From NCBI GenBank assembly GCA_963713045.1, contig CAVQKE010000004.1, positions 1 to 64,000 on the forward strand: a stretch of 64,000 nt of DNA, written 5' to 3'. Made by a program: the position numbers and the translations under genes. Positions 42,659-53,891 of the stretch are shown here, piece after piece. How positions within the stretch are numbered: position 1 is the stretch's first letter; each line of letters begins with the position of its first letter. The DNA comes from an uncultured delta proteobacterium (GTDB taxonomy: Bacteria; Myxococcota; Myxococcia; Myxococcales; Myxococcaceae). Under the pieces are notes generated by a model. The model was not told the origin of the DNA. It made no database searches and saw nothing but the letters and a program-made list of their open reading frames with translations.

Positions 42659-43846
42659 ATGCCGAAGCAGCTGCTGGTTGCTGACGACTCGCTCACCATT
42701 CGCAAAGTCATCGGGATGGTCTTCGCCGTGGAAGACGTCTCCCTCACCTTCGTTGACAACGGCATTGACGCCATTGCACGGGCCCGCGAACTGAAACCCG
42801 ACTGCGTGCTGGCCGACGTCCTGATGCCGGGCAAAAGCGGCTATGAGGTTTGCGAGGCCCTGAAGGCGGACCCGGCGACCGCGTCCATCCGCGTGCTGCT
42901 TCTGGCCGGCAATTTCGAGCCCTTCGACGAAGCGCGGGCCCGCGCTGTCCGGGCCGATGACTTCATCGTCAAGCCCTTCGAGAGCCAGGCCCTGATTGAC
43001 AAGGTGCGAGCGCTGGTCGGCCTCCCGGCGGGCATTCCGCCCCCGGCGCGTCCCTATGCGCCGTCACCGGCCGCCGAGCAAACCCCCTTTGCGCCGCGCC
43101 CGAGGGCTCCCATGGCTGGCATGCCGGCGCGTTCCCCGCTCACCGGAAGCGGCTTCACACCGGCTGCCGGCGTCCAGCGGCCTCCCAGCGGTGTCCCGCA
43201 GCCCATGCCAGGGCCGGCCGGTGTCCCCCGGCCTCCGGGCGCTCCCACCCCCCTTTCTGCCGGACCGGCGGTGCCGCGTCCCTCCGCAATTCCCGGCCAG
43301 AGCGTGCCAGCGGCCCCGAGACCGCCAGTTGGGCCCACGACGACGCAGCCCCTCCCGGGGATGAATCGCCCAGCGCCGCAGCCCTATGTGCCCAGCGCCC
43401 CGCGCTCTGGAGTCCCCAGCCTGACCAGCCCTGGGCTTCCACGTCCCCCGGGGGCTTCCCTTCCGACGCAAAGCAACCCGGCTCTCGCCCGTCCTGCACC
43501 CCAAGCCTTCACCCCTGCCGCGCCCCGCGCCCCGGCACCGCTGCCGACGCTTCAGCCGCGCGCCCGCGAGTCCTTCGCCCTTGGGACGGCGCCCGGGGTG
43601 CCTGGGCCAGCCTCCAGAGCCAGCAGCGAGGTGGAGGAGATGACACTGGACGTGGGCGACGTCCCCACCCCGCTGGCCGCCACCCCGCCGGCCGACGGTG
43701 GAGAAGCCGCGCTTCGGGCCGCCCTGAAGAACGCTTCCCAAGAAGTCATTGAGAGAATTGCATGGGAGGTGGTGCCGCAGCTGGCGGAGACCATCGTTAA
43801 GGAATACGTGGAACGCACCATGCGCGAACGGGGAGCCAAGGCCTGA
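42659..43846 (+). CDS. romR: Polarity response regulator RomR
   Basis: REC domain, Pro-rich linker and C-terminal ASQEVIERIAWEVVPQLAETIV; located directly upstream of valS as in Myxococcus. Confidence 0.88.
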   Translation: MPKQLLVADDSLTIRKVIGMVFAVEDVSLTFVDNGIDAIARARELKPDCVLADVLMPGKSGYEVCEALKADPATASIRVLLLAGNFEPFDEARARAVRADDFIVKPFESQALIDKVRALVGLPAGIPPPARPYAPSPAAEQTPFAPRPRAPMAGMPARSPLTGSGFTPAAGVQRPPSGVPQPMPGPAGVPRPPGAPTPLSAGPAVPRPSAIPGQSVPAAPRPPVGPTTTQPLPGMNRPAPQPYVPSAPRSGVPSLTSPGLPRPPGASLPTQSNPALARPAPQAFTPAAPRAPAPLPTLQPRARESFALGTAPGVPGPASRASSEVEEMTLDVGDVPTPLAATPPADGGEAALRAALKNASQEVIERIAWEVVPQLAETIVKEYVERTMRERGAKA

Positions 43847-46800
43847 GCGGAGACAACGTCGAGGAGCTCCCCAAGGCCTACGACCCGACTGCGGTCGAAC
43901 GCCGGTGGTCGAACGCATGGAGAGAAGCAGGCTGTTTCCGGGCTGAGGCCACCTCGGAGTGGCCGGCCTACTGCATCATCCTGCCACCGCCCAACGTGAC
44001 GGGGGCGCTGCACATCGGCCATGCGCTGGGCAACACGCTGCAGGATGTGCTGGCGCGCTGGCGTCGGATGTCCGGCGACAACGTCCTCTGGCAGCCCGGC
44101 ACCGACCATGCCGGCATCGCGACACAGCTGGTGGTGGAGCGGGAGCTCGCCCGGACCGAGGGCAGAACCCGGCAGGAGCTAGGTCGGGCGGCGTTCCTCG
44201 CCCGGGTGTGGGAGTGGAAGGAGAAGTACGGCCATCGCATCGACGAGCAGCAGGCGGACCTGGGCAGTAGCCTCGACTGGAGCCGCGAGCGCTTCACGCT
44301 CGACCCGGGCGCCTCCCGCGCCGTGGTGGAAGCCTTCGTCCGGCTGCACGAGGAGGGGCTACTGTACCGGGCGCAGCGACTCATCAACTGGTGCCCGGAC
44401 TGCAAGACTGCCCTCAGTGATTTGGAAGTCGAGCACGAGGAGACCAAAGGCTCGCTCTGGGAGATTCGCTACCCGGTCAAAGGCAGCGAGCGGGTCCTGG
44501 TGGTGTCCACCACCCGTCCTGAAACGATGCTCGGCGATACCGCGGTGGCGGTCCACCCGGACGACCTGCGCTACCGGGACTTGGTGGGAAAGACGGTGGT
44601 GCTGCCCCTGGTCGGCCGCGAGATTCCCATCATTGCCGATGGCGAGTTGGTGAGCATGGAGTTTGGGACGGGCGTGGTGAAAGTCACCCCGGCGCACGAC
44701 TTCAATGACTACGAGACGGGACTGCGCCACCAGCTTCCGATGGTGAGTATTTTCGACGAATCGGCCCGCACCAACAGCGAGGCGGGGCGCTACGCTGGAC
44801 TCAACCGCTTTGAGGCCCGAAAGCGCGTGCTGGCGGACCTGGCGGAGCACGGCTTCCTGGCGGCCGAAAAACCCCACCTCTTGAGCGTCGCGACCTGCCA
44901 GCGCAGCGGGACCGTCATCGAACCGCGACTCTCACCGCAGTGGTTCGTGCGCACCAAACCGCTTGCCCAGCCGGCCATCGCCGCGGTGGAGCAGGGCCGC
45001 GTCGAAATTCTGCCCGAGGGCTGGACGGCGACCTACTTTCACTGGATGCACAACATCCACGACTGGTGTGTCAGCCGCCAGTTGTGGTGGGGGCACCAGA
45101 TTCCGGCCTATTACTGCCAGGACTGCGGTCCGGATGCCCCGCCGGTGGTGGCCCGCACTCGGCCCGAGCACTGTCCCGGCTGTCGGAGCAGCCACCTGGT
45201 GCAGGACCCGGACGTGCTGGACACCTGGTTCAGCAGCGCCCTCTGGCCGTTCAGCACCTTGGGCTGGCCCCAAAAGACGGCCGAATTGGAGACCTTTTAC
45301 CCGACCAGCGTCCTCGAGACCGGGCACGACATCCTCTTCTTCTGGGTGGCCCGGATGCTGATGATGGGCCTGCACTTCATGAAGGACGTGCCCTTCCGCA
45401 CCGTGTTTTTGCACGCCATGGTGCGCGACGAGAAGGGCGAGAAGATGTCCAAGGTGAAGGGCAACGTCATCGACCCGCTGGACGTCATCCACGGGGCGAA
45501 GGCCGAGGCCTTGCCCCCGGCGCTGCGAAACAAGTTTCCCGAGGGGATGCCGGCCTTTGGGGCGGATGCGCTGCGCTACACGCTGGCCTCTCTCACCCAG
45601 CAGGGGCGCGACATCCGGCTTTCGCTCGAGCGCGTCAACGGCTACCGGGCCTTCGTCAACAAGCTGTGGAACGCCACGCGCTTCGTCCTCCTCAACCTCT
45701 CCGAATTTCGCCCGAGCGACGCGCCCCTTCAGCGGGGCCGGCTGACACTGGCGGACCGCTGGATTTTGGCCCGCCTGGAACGGCTGACGGAGGAGGTGGA
45801 GGCGGCGCTGTCCACCTTCCGGTTCGCCGAGGCGGCCTCGGCCCTCTACCAGTTTACCTGGCGCTCCTTTTGTGACTGGTACATTGAATTGGCCAAGGCG
45901 CCGCTGCAAGGGCAGGACGCAGAGGCGCGCGCCACCACCCAAGCGGTGCTGGTCCAAGTCCTCGACCAGCTGCTGCGGCTGTTGCACCCCGTCATCCCTT
46001 TCGTGACGGAGGAGCTGTGGCACCGGTTGCCGGGCGTCTCCCCGGACGCCTTCCTCGCCCGGGCGGACTTCCCCGAGGCCAGCGGGAAATGGCGCGATGC
46101 GGCAGCCGAGGCGGAAATGGCCCCCGTGGTGGCCGTGATTGAGGCCATCCGCACCATTCGCGGCGAAAGCAACCTGTCGCCAGCAGCGCGCTTCCGGGCG
46201 GTGGTGCAGTCGGAGGCCCCTGCCCTTCGGGAGGCCCTCCGCCGGGCTTCGGGGTACGTCCTACCCCTGGCCGGCCTGACGGCCCTGGACGTGCAACCCC
46301 CCGGCCCCCAGCCCCCCCAATCGGCCAGCTGGGTGGGAGAAGGGCTCCAAGTCTTTGTCCCCCTCGCAGGACTGCTGGATCTACCCGAAGAACGTGCGAG
46401 GCTGGGGAAGGAACTTGTCCGCATTGAGATGGACCTAGCGGGACTGAGGAGAAAGCTGGACAATCCGAGCTTCGTCGCCAGGGCGCCTGCCGAGGTCGTC
46501 GAGAAGGACCGCGCACGCGTCGCGGAGCTTCAGCAGCGAAGGTCGAAAGTGCAGGAAAACCTGAATCGCATCGAGCCGGAGGGAACGATGTCCGAAAAGA
46601 CGCCGGAGGAGATGTTCCAGTCCACACCGCCCACGCCATCGAGCGGAATGTTCGGCATCCCGAGCGAGCCGTCGCATGAGGCTAGCCCGCCGGTGGCGGC
46701 CACTCCCGCGCCGCGAAAGGCGGCGCCCAAGAAGAAGGCGCCAGCGCGCAAGAAGCCCAAGGCCAAGCGCGCCGCCAAAAGGACGGCCCGCAAGGCAAAG

Positions 46801-46935
46801 CTTGGCAAGCGCAAGGCGGCCCTCAAGGCAAAGCTTGGGAAGCGCAAGGCGGCCCGAAAGACGTCGGCCCGCGGTGCCAAGCGCGGTCGGCGCAAGGCAA
46901 CGCGTCGTCCGGCCAAGCGCCGGGGCCGCCGCTAA
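43843..46935 (+). CDS. valS: Valine-tRNA ligase with Lys/Arg/Ala-rich C-terminal extension
   Basis: LPKAYDP, PPPNVTGALHIGH, WCVSRQLWWGH, KMSK; frame open back to CTG at 43843. Confidence 0.97.
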   Translation: MSGDNVEELPKAYDPTAVERRWSNAWREAGCFRAEATSEWPAYCIILPPPNVTGALHIGHALGNTLQDVLARWRRMSGDNVLWQPGTDHAGIATQLVVERELARTEGRTRQELGRAAFLARVWEWKEKYGHRIDEQQADLGSSLDWSRERFTLDPGASRAVVEAFVRLHEEGLLYRAQRLINWCPDCKTALSDLEVEHEETKGSLWEIRYPVKGSERVLVVSTTRPETMLGDTAVAVHPDDLRYRDLVGKTVVLPLVGREIPIIADGELVSMEFGTGVVKVTPAHDFNDYETGLRHQLPMVSIFDESARTNSEAGRYAGLNRFEARKRVLADLAEHGFLAAEKPHLLSVATCQRSGTVIEPRLSPQWFVRTKPLAQPAIAAVEQGRVEILPEGWTATYFHWMHNIHDWCVSRQLWWGHQIPAYYCQDCGPDAPPVVARTRPEHCPGCRSSHLVQDPDVLDTWFSSALWPFSTLGWPQKTAELETFYPTSVLETGHDILFFWVARMLMMGLHFMKDVPFRTVFLHAMVRDEKGEKMSKVKGNVIDPLDVIHGAKAEALPPALRNKFPEGMPAFGADALRYTLASLTQQGRDIRLSLERVNGYRAFVNKLWNATRFVLLNLSEFRPSDAPLQRGRLTLADRWILARLERLTEEVEAALSTFRFAEAASALYQFTWRSFCDWYIELAKAPLQGQDAEARATTQAVLVQVLDQLLRLLHPVIPFVTEELWHRLPGVSPDAFLARADFPEASGKWRDAAAEAEMAPVVAVIEAIRTIRGESNLSPAARFRAVVQSEAPALREALRRASGYVLPLAGLTALDVQPPGPQPPQSASWVGEGLQVFVPLAGLLDLPEERARLGKELVRIEMDLAGLRRKLDNPSFVARAPAEVVEKDRARVAELQQRRSKVQENLNRIEPEGTMSEKTPEEMFQSTPPTPSSGMFGIPSEPSHEASPPVAATPAPRKAAPKKKAPARKKPKAKRAAKRTARKAKLGKRKAALKAKLGKRKAARKTSARGAKRGRRKATRRPAKRRGRR

Positions 46936-46966
46936 AAGTCCGCCCAGTCCGGAGGGCAGCTTCGCC

Positions 46967-47812
46967 ATGGACTCCCTCGACCGGCTGATTGACCTCGCCC
47001 TGGACGAGGACGTCGGCGCGGCGGGGGATGTCACCACCGCCGCGCTGGTCAGCGCGTCGGCGCAGGGGCGGGCGGAGCTGGTGGCCAGGGAGAGGCTGGT
47101 GTTCGCCGGGGCTGAGGCCTTCGAGCGCGTCTTTCGGCGCATCGAGGCGGCAGCCACGGTGGCCTACCGGTATCAGGACGGGGCAAGGGTTGAGGCTGGG
47201 ACGGTGTTGGCAACCGTCTCCGCCTCCATGCGCACGCTCCTCATCGGCGAGCGCACGGCCCTCAACATTCTTCAACGGGTGTGCGGCATCGCGACGCTGT
47301 CGGCCCAGGCGGCCGATGCAGTCCGAGGCACGAAGTGCCGGGTGCTGGATACCCGCAAGACGTCGCCCGGCATGCGGGCGCTCAGCAAGTTGGCGGTGCG
47401 CGCCGGGGGAGCGGCCAACCACCGCTTCGGACTGTTTGACGGCATTCTCATCAAGGACAACCACCTGGCAGCGGTCGGCGGCGACGTGCGGGAGGCGCTG
47501 CGTCTGGCCCGCGCGGCAGCGCCGCGTCTTCTGAAGGTGGAAATTGAAGTGACGTCGCTGGCGCAGCTGGAAGACGCCATTTCCGGGGGCGCGGACGTGG
47601 TGCTGCTGGACAACATGGGCGACGCCGACGTCGCAGAGGCTGTCCGGCGCATCCGGGGGCGGGTGGAAGTGGAAGTCTCCGGCAACGTCACGTTGGAGCG
47701 TCTGCCACGCCTGGCGGCGCTGGGCGTCGACTTCGTCTCGATGGGGGCGCTGACCCACTCGGCGCGGGCGATGGACCTCTCCCTCGAGGTCGTGCCCGTT
47801 TCGCCGCAGTAG
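46967..47812 (+). CDS. nadC: Quinolinate phosphoribosyltransferase
   Basis: ALDED..GDVTT, DTRKTSPG, NHRFGLFD..LIKDNH, LLDNM. Confidence 0.96.
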   Translation: MDSLDRLIDLALDEDVGAAGDVTTAALVSASAQGRAELVARERLVFAGAEAFERVFRRIEAAATVAYRYQDGARVEAGTVLATVSASMRTLLIGERTALNILQRVCGIATLSAQAADAVRGTKCRVLDTRKTSPGMRALSKLAVRAGGAANHRFGLFDGILIKDNHLAAVGGDVREALRLARAAAPRLLKVEIEVTSLAQLEDAISGGADVVLLDNMGDADVAEAVRRIRGRVEVEVSGNVTLERLPRLAALGVDFVSMGALTHSARAMDLSLEVVPVSPQ

Positions 47813-47836
47813 CTAACGCGCCGCGTTAAGGCGGCC

Positions 47837-49471
47837 TCAACGGACCGGGACAATGGCCTCGCTGCGGGCGACCCCCTCCGCGCCGGCCAACCCGCCCATC
47901 TCCATCAGCATGGCGGCCGTCGGTGCGACGTCCGCCGCCTGGATGCGCTGAGAATACGTCCCAGGCCGAACGCCCCGGCCGTACAGAAGCAACGGCACCT
48001 GCGCGTCGTAGCTGTAGGGGAGCCCATGACTCGTCCCGCTCTCGTCCTCGTCCAGGACGGCGAACGGGCGCAACAGGAAGAGAACGTCGCCACTGCGGCC
48101 GGGAAAGTAGCTGCGGCGCAGCGACGGCTGGTACCCCTGAAGGTCGTCGCAGCTTCCGAGGTCGTCCCGCGCCACGGCCAGGGCCACCCCGGGCTGATGG
48201 GCCAGCCAGGACGCGGCGGCGCGGCGCACCGCGGGGCCGTCCAAGTGGCGCGCCTCCAAGGCGCCGTCGTCCAGCACCACTTCGTATTCGGTGAAGGCAA
48301 ACACGAGCGGGGCGCCGAAGACGCGGGTCAGTTCCGCCTGCAGCCCGGCCTTCAGGGAGGAGGGCTTGACGCGAAGTCCAGGAAGGCCGGCGGCGATAAG
48401 TTCCTCGGGAATGGCGGCGCCGCCGTGGTCAGCGCTGAGGACCACGAGGAGATTGGCGCGGCCGCCTGCCGCGCGCTCCGCCGCCGCCAAGAGGTCCCCC
48501 AGCGCGCGGTCGAGGCGGACCAGCGCGTCCTGCACCTCCCAGGAGTAGGGGCCGTACAGGTGGTAGATGCGGTCCAAGGCGCTGAAGCTGACGGCGAGCA
48601 AGTCCGGGATGTCATCCTTGCCAAGTTGCTCCGCGCTGAGCGCCGCTTTGGCCGCCTCCACCAGGAATTCGTCGAAAAAGGGCGAGCTGGCGAAGGCGGC
48701 GTAGGACTGTGGGCCTGGCGCGGGAAGCCCGGCGGACAAGGGGTGGGGAAATTTGCGCTTCATGCCGAAGGCGTCGGCCTCGAAGGGCCGGTCGTCCTGG
48801 CCGCTGTAGGCCTTCTCCGGCAGGCTGAGCGTCCAGAGAAGAGCGAAGGCCTGGTCTGGCAGCCGCCTCTCATTGAGGGCCTTGACCCAGGCGGGCAGTT
48901 CCTTGGCGTAGAAGCTTCCGGTGACCAGTCGGCCCACCGCTTCGCTGAACCAGTACGGCGCACCCAGCCTGCCCGCCAGCGGAATGGCCGCCCGCCCCTT
49001 TCCCGAAAGCACCACCGCCTTGCCCACCCGCGCGGTGAAGAGGCGCAGGTGGTCCGCCAGCGTTTCACCGAGGAGCGCCTCCGGCGAGCTGTCCTCCGCC
49101 CCCAGCGGCGTGCCCAGCACGGGGTGGGCGGGGTCCCAGAAAATGGGTTCTTCCTTGCCGGTGGTGCGGTTGACGAGGCGGTTGCTGACGATGCCGGTGC
49201 GCCACGGGTAAGCCCCGGTGGACAGCACCGAATGTCCTGGGGCCGTCGACACCTCGGCCTGCTCATGGCGGGTGTCCGGAAAGAAGGCGCCCTTGTCGAG
49301 CAGCGTTGCCAGGCCAGCCCGAAAGTGGCTGCGGTTGCGGAGGAGAAGGTCGGTCCCAAGCGAGTCGATGGTGATGAAGAGCGTCAGTCGCGGCGGCCGC
49401 GCCACCGCCGGTGCGGCCACCAGCAGCAGGGTGAGGAGAAAGCCGCGGATGGGGGCAGGGGAGGCGTGCAT
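47837..49471 (-). CDS. Alkaline phosphatase family protein (PafA-like)
   Basis: ITIDSL, STAPGH, DRIYHLYGP, LSADHG, GTSHG.PY.YD..VPL. Confidence 0.9.
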   Translation of the reverse strand: MHASPAPIRGFLLTLLLVAAPAVARPPRLTLFITIDSLGTDLLLRNRSHFRAGLATLLDKGAFFPDTRHEQAEVSTAPGHSVLSTGAYPWRTGIVSNRLVNRTTGKEEPIFWDPAHPVLGTPLGAEDSSPEALLGETLADHLRLFTARVGKAVVLSGKGRAAIPLAGRLGAPYWFSEAVGRLVTGSFYAKELPAWVKALNERRLPDQAFALLWTLSLPEKAYSGQDDRPFEADAFGMKRKFPHPLSAGLPAPGPQSYAAFASSPFFDEFLVEAAKAALSAEQLGKDDIPDLLAVSFSALDRIYHLYGPYSWEVQDALVRLDRALGDLLAAAERAAGGRANLLVVLSADHGGAAIPEELIAAGLPGLRVKPSSLKAGLQAELTRVFGAPLVFAFTEYEVVLDDGALEARHLDGPAVRRAAASWLAHQPGVALAVARDDLGSCDDLQGYQPSLRRSYFPGRSGDVLFLLRPFAVLDEDESGTSHGLPYSYDAQVPLLLYGRGVRPGTYSQRIQAADVAPTAAMLMEMGGLAGAEGVARSEAIVPVR

Positions 49472-49586
49472 GGGCAGAACCCTTCTTATGAAGCCCGGGC
49501 GGGGCCTCGGCGCGCAAGGGCGTCCAGCTCCTCTGTTGCTCGTCACCACAGCGGGGCGCGGGTGGGGTACCGTCCTCGCCCCCACA

Positions 49587-50006
49587 ATGTTCGAAGCCCG
49601 ACAGCGAGTCATCTACGGGGACACCGACCAGATGGGCGTCGTCTACTACGCCAACTACCTCCGCTACTTCGAGCATGCGCGAAATGAATTGTTTCGCGCT
49701 CGCGGCGGTACCTACCGGGCGTTCGAGGAACAAGGGCTGATGCTGCCGGTGGTGGAGGCATGGGTGAATTACCGGGCGCCGGCGCGGTACGACGACTTAC
49801 TCGTCATTGGAGCAGAAATCTCGGCCGCCTCCCGAGTCCGGCTGACATTTCAGTACGAGGTCCGCCGCGAAGGGGAAGCCGAAGTGCTGTGCGACGGGCG
49901 TACGGTGCATGCCTGCCTGACGACGGCTGGGAAGCCGGCCCGACTTCCGCCGCACATTGTTGGCCTCGTCACCAAAACGCACCCAGTGCAGAAGGGGGAA
50001 CCATGA
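49587..50006 (+). CDS. YbgC/FadM-like acyl-CoA thioesterase
   Basis: YGDTDQMGVVYYANYLRYFE. Confidence 0.92.
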   Translation: MFEARQRVIYGDTDQMGVVYYANYLRYFEHARNELFRARGGTYRAFEEQGLMLPVVEAWVNYRAPARYDDLLVIGAEISAASRVRLTFQYEVRREGEAEVLCDGRTVHACLTTAGKPARLPPHIVGLVTKTHPVQKGEP

Positions 50007-50971
50007 TGGACCGCAACCTGGCGCTGGAGGTGGTGCGCGTCACCGAGATGACAGCCATCGCCGCGGCGCGACTGATGGGGCGGGGGGAAAAGCACCTCTC
50101 CGACCAGGCGGCCGTGGATGCGATGCGCCGGGCCTTCGATGCCCTACCCATCCGCGGGACAGTGGTGATTGGGGAGGGCGAACGCGACGAGGCGCCGATG
50201 CTGTACATCGGCGAGGAAGTTGGACGGCGCGGCCCGGAGGACCCAGCGGTGGACATCGCCCTTGACCCGCTGGAAGGCACCAACCTCTGCGCCTATGGGC
50301 GCCCGGGGGCCATTGCCGTCGTCGCCTTTGCCGAGCGCGGCCAGCTGCTGAACGCCCCCGACACCTACATGGAGAAACTGGCGGTGGGGCCGCGCGCCAA
50401 GGGCGCCATCGACTTGCGCCGCAGTGCCACCGACAACCTCCGGGCCGTGGCGGCCAAGCTGCAACGTCGGGTCGAAGACTTGACGGTGATTGTCCTCGAG
50501 CGGCCCCGACACCAGGCGTTGATTGCCGAGGTGCGCGCCGCCGGGGCGCGGATTCGGCTCATCGAAGACGGCGACGTCGCGGCGGCGATTGCCACCTGCT
50601 TCGAGGACACTGGGGTGGACGTCCTGGTGGGCACTGGCGGAGCACCGGAGGGCGTCATCGCCGCAGCGGCGCTGAAAAGCGTGGGAGGCGACTTTCAAGG
50701 CCGTCTCAAATTCCGCAGCCCACAGGAAGCCGAGCGCGCTCGCTCGATGGGCGTCAAGGACCTCGACCGGGTCTACAGCGCTGAGGAGCTGGCGCAGGGG
50801 GAAGTGATGTTCGCCGCCACCGGTGTCACCGGTGGGGACTTCCTCAAGGGCGTGCGCTTCTTTGGAGGTGGCGCAGAGACCTATTCGGTGGTCATGCGCA
50901 GCAAGACGGGCACCGTCCGCTACGTGCAGGCCACCCACAAATTCGACAAGAAGCCGGGTTACGCGCCCTAA
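50003..50971 (+). CDS. glpX: Class II fructose-1,6-bisphosphatase
   Basis: DQAAVDAMR, VVIGEGERDEAPMLYIGE, DPLEGT, GGAPEGV. Confidence 0.97.
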   Translation: MMDRNLALEVVRVTEMTAIAAARLMGRGEKHLSDQAAVDAMRRAFDALPIRGTVVIGEGERDEAPMLYIGEEVGRRGPEDPAVDIALDPLEGTNLCAYGRPGAIAVVAFAERGQLLNAPDTYMEKLAVGPRAKGAIDLRRSATDNLRAVAAKLQRRVEDLTVIVLERPRHQALIAEVRAAGARIRLIEDGDVAAAIATCFEDTGVDVLVGTGGAPEGVIAAAALKSVGGDFQGRLKFRSPQEAERARSMGVKDLDRVYSAEELAQGEVMFAATGVTGGDFLKGVRFFGGGAETYSVVMRSKTGTVRYVQATHKFDKKPGYAP

Positions 50972-50995
50972 CCCAGGCGACGAAGGGAAATTGCC

Positions 50996-51424
50996 ATGGC
51001 CAGTGCCACCCGTTCCATCGTCATCGACGCGCCACCGGAGCGCGTTTTCGACGTCATCTCGGACTACGAAAGGTACCCGGAGTTTCTCTCCGAGGTGAAG
51101 TCCATCCGCACCTCGGAGCGGAAGGGCAACCAAGTCCTCATCCACTATGAAGTCGATGTCATCAAGCGCATCCACTACACCCTTCGCATGACGGAGGACC
51201 GTCCCCGGGGCCTGCAATGGACCTTCGTCGAGGGCGACCTCATGAAGGACAACCGGGGGGGATGGGTCCTCGAGCCGCTGGCCGACGGGAAGAAGACGAA
51301 TGCCATCTACAGCGTGGAAGTCGCCCTCGGCTTGCTCGTCCCACGGCCGCTCGTCACCGCCATGGTGGAGTCCAGCCTTCCCAAGATGCTGGAGTCGTTC
51401 AAGAAACGGGTCGAGTCGCGCTAG
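50996..51424 (+). CDS. SRPBCC/START (Coq10/RatA-like) protein
   Basis: IDAPPERVFDVISDYERYPEF...GGWVL. Confidence 0.88.
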   Translation: MASATRSIVIDAPPERVFDVISDYERYPEFLSEVKSIRTSERKGNQVLIHYEVDVIKRIHYTLRMTEDRPRGLQWTFVEGDLMKDNRGGWVLEPLADGKKTNAIYSVEVALGLLVPRPLVTAMVESSLPKMLESFKKRVESR

Positions 51425-51585
51425 GTGCGCGCCCGTCCCCCCGGGTGGGGAAGCCCCCCCCGGCGGCCACAGCCTTGCGGGGGCGGCCGGAGCTATTACA
51501 ATGGGGATGTTTCAGGGCGCGGGGGGTGGAGGACGATGAATCCTTCGCCTGCTCCGCGCGTCGGACAGTTTGGAGGCGGTTGGAA

Positions 51586-51765
51586 GTGGAGACGCTAGAG
51601 ACCTTCATCATCGACGAGCAGCGTAAGCGCGAGCGTCGCCGAGACGAAGCGCCGGCCGTCGAGCTGCCTCTTCCGGAGCCTGAACTGGACCGGCCCCCGA
51701 GGAAGAGCAACACCGGGGATGAGCCGCCCAAGCGGGGCGTCGTGGTCATCGATTTACTGGGCTAA
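51586..51765 (+). CDS. Small hypothetical protein (59 aa)
   Basis: GGAGG RBS before GTG; FIIDEQRKRE...VELPLP...RGVVVID. Confidence 0.65.
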   Translation: METLETFIIDEQRKRERRRDEAPAVELPLPEPELDRPPRKSNTGDEPPKRGVVVIDLLG

Positions 51766-51809
51766 GGGCGGGGCGTCGGCTCCTTGCCCCCCCTTCCACC
51801 TGGCCGTAG

Positions 51810-53117
<1,308 letters not shown>

Positions 53118-53120
53118 GCC

Positions 53121-53891
53121 ATCCGCATCCTGGTGTCCAACGACGACGGCGTGCTCGCGGCTGGGCTGGAGGCTCTGGTGTTGGCGCTCTCGCCGCTGGC
53201 CGAAGTCTGGGTGGTGGCGCCCGAAGTCGAGCAGAGCGCGGCCTCCCACGCCATTTCTCTGCACCGTCCGTTGCGCATCCGCAAGGTGCGCGAGCGCTGG
53301 TACAGCGTGGACGGGACGCCCACCGACTGCGTCTATTTGGCGATTCACCACTTGATGAAGGACGAGCTGCCGCGCATTGCCGTTGCCGGCATCAACCACG
53401 GGCCCAACCTGGCCGACGACGTCATCTACTCCGGCACGGTGGCCGCGGCGATGGAGGCCAGTTTACTGGGCGTCCCGGCAGTGGCGGTGAGCCTGGTGTC
53501 CCGCGGCCGGTTCGACTTCACCGCCTCAGCGCGCTTCTCGCGCGCGCTGGTGGGGACGGCCTTGGCCGAAGAGCTGCCGCCACGGGTGCTGCTCAACGTC
53601 AACGTCCCCGAAGGGCAACCGGAAGGCTATGCCGTCACCCGCTTCGGCCGGCACAGCTATGGCAACGCCGTGGTGGAAAACGTCGACCCGCGCGGCAGGC
53701 GCTACTACTGGATTGGCGGCAACGACTACCAGCACGAGGACGTGCCGGGCAGCGACTGCAACGCCGTCTTCGACGAGCGGCTCGTCTCGGTGACGCCGAT
53801 GGTGCTCGACTTCACCGACGAGGCACTCCTCAAGCGGCTTGCTGGCTGGTCCATCGACGGCTTCCCCTGCCGCCGGGTGGAGGGCGGATGA
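53121..53891 (+). CDS. surE: 5'/3'-nucleotidase SurE (start unresolved)
   Basis: RILVSNDDG, GTPTDCV, GINHGPNL, YSGTVAAA. Confidence 0.95.
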   Translation: MRILVSNDDGVLAAGLEALVLALSPLAEVWVVAPEVEQSAASHAISLHRPLRIRKVRERWYSVDGTPTDCVYLAIHHLMKDELPRIAVAGINHGPNLADDVIYSGTVAAAMEASLLGVPAVAVSLVSRGRFDFTASARFSRALVGTALAEELPPRVLLNVNVPEGQPEGYAVTRFGRHSYGNAVVENVDPRGRRYYWIGGNDYQHEDVPGSDCNAVFDERLVSVTPMVLDFTDEALLKRLAGWSIDGFPCRRVEGG

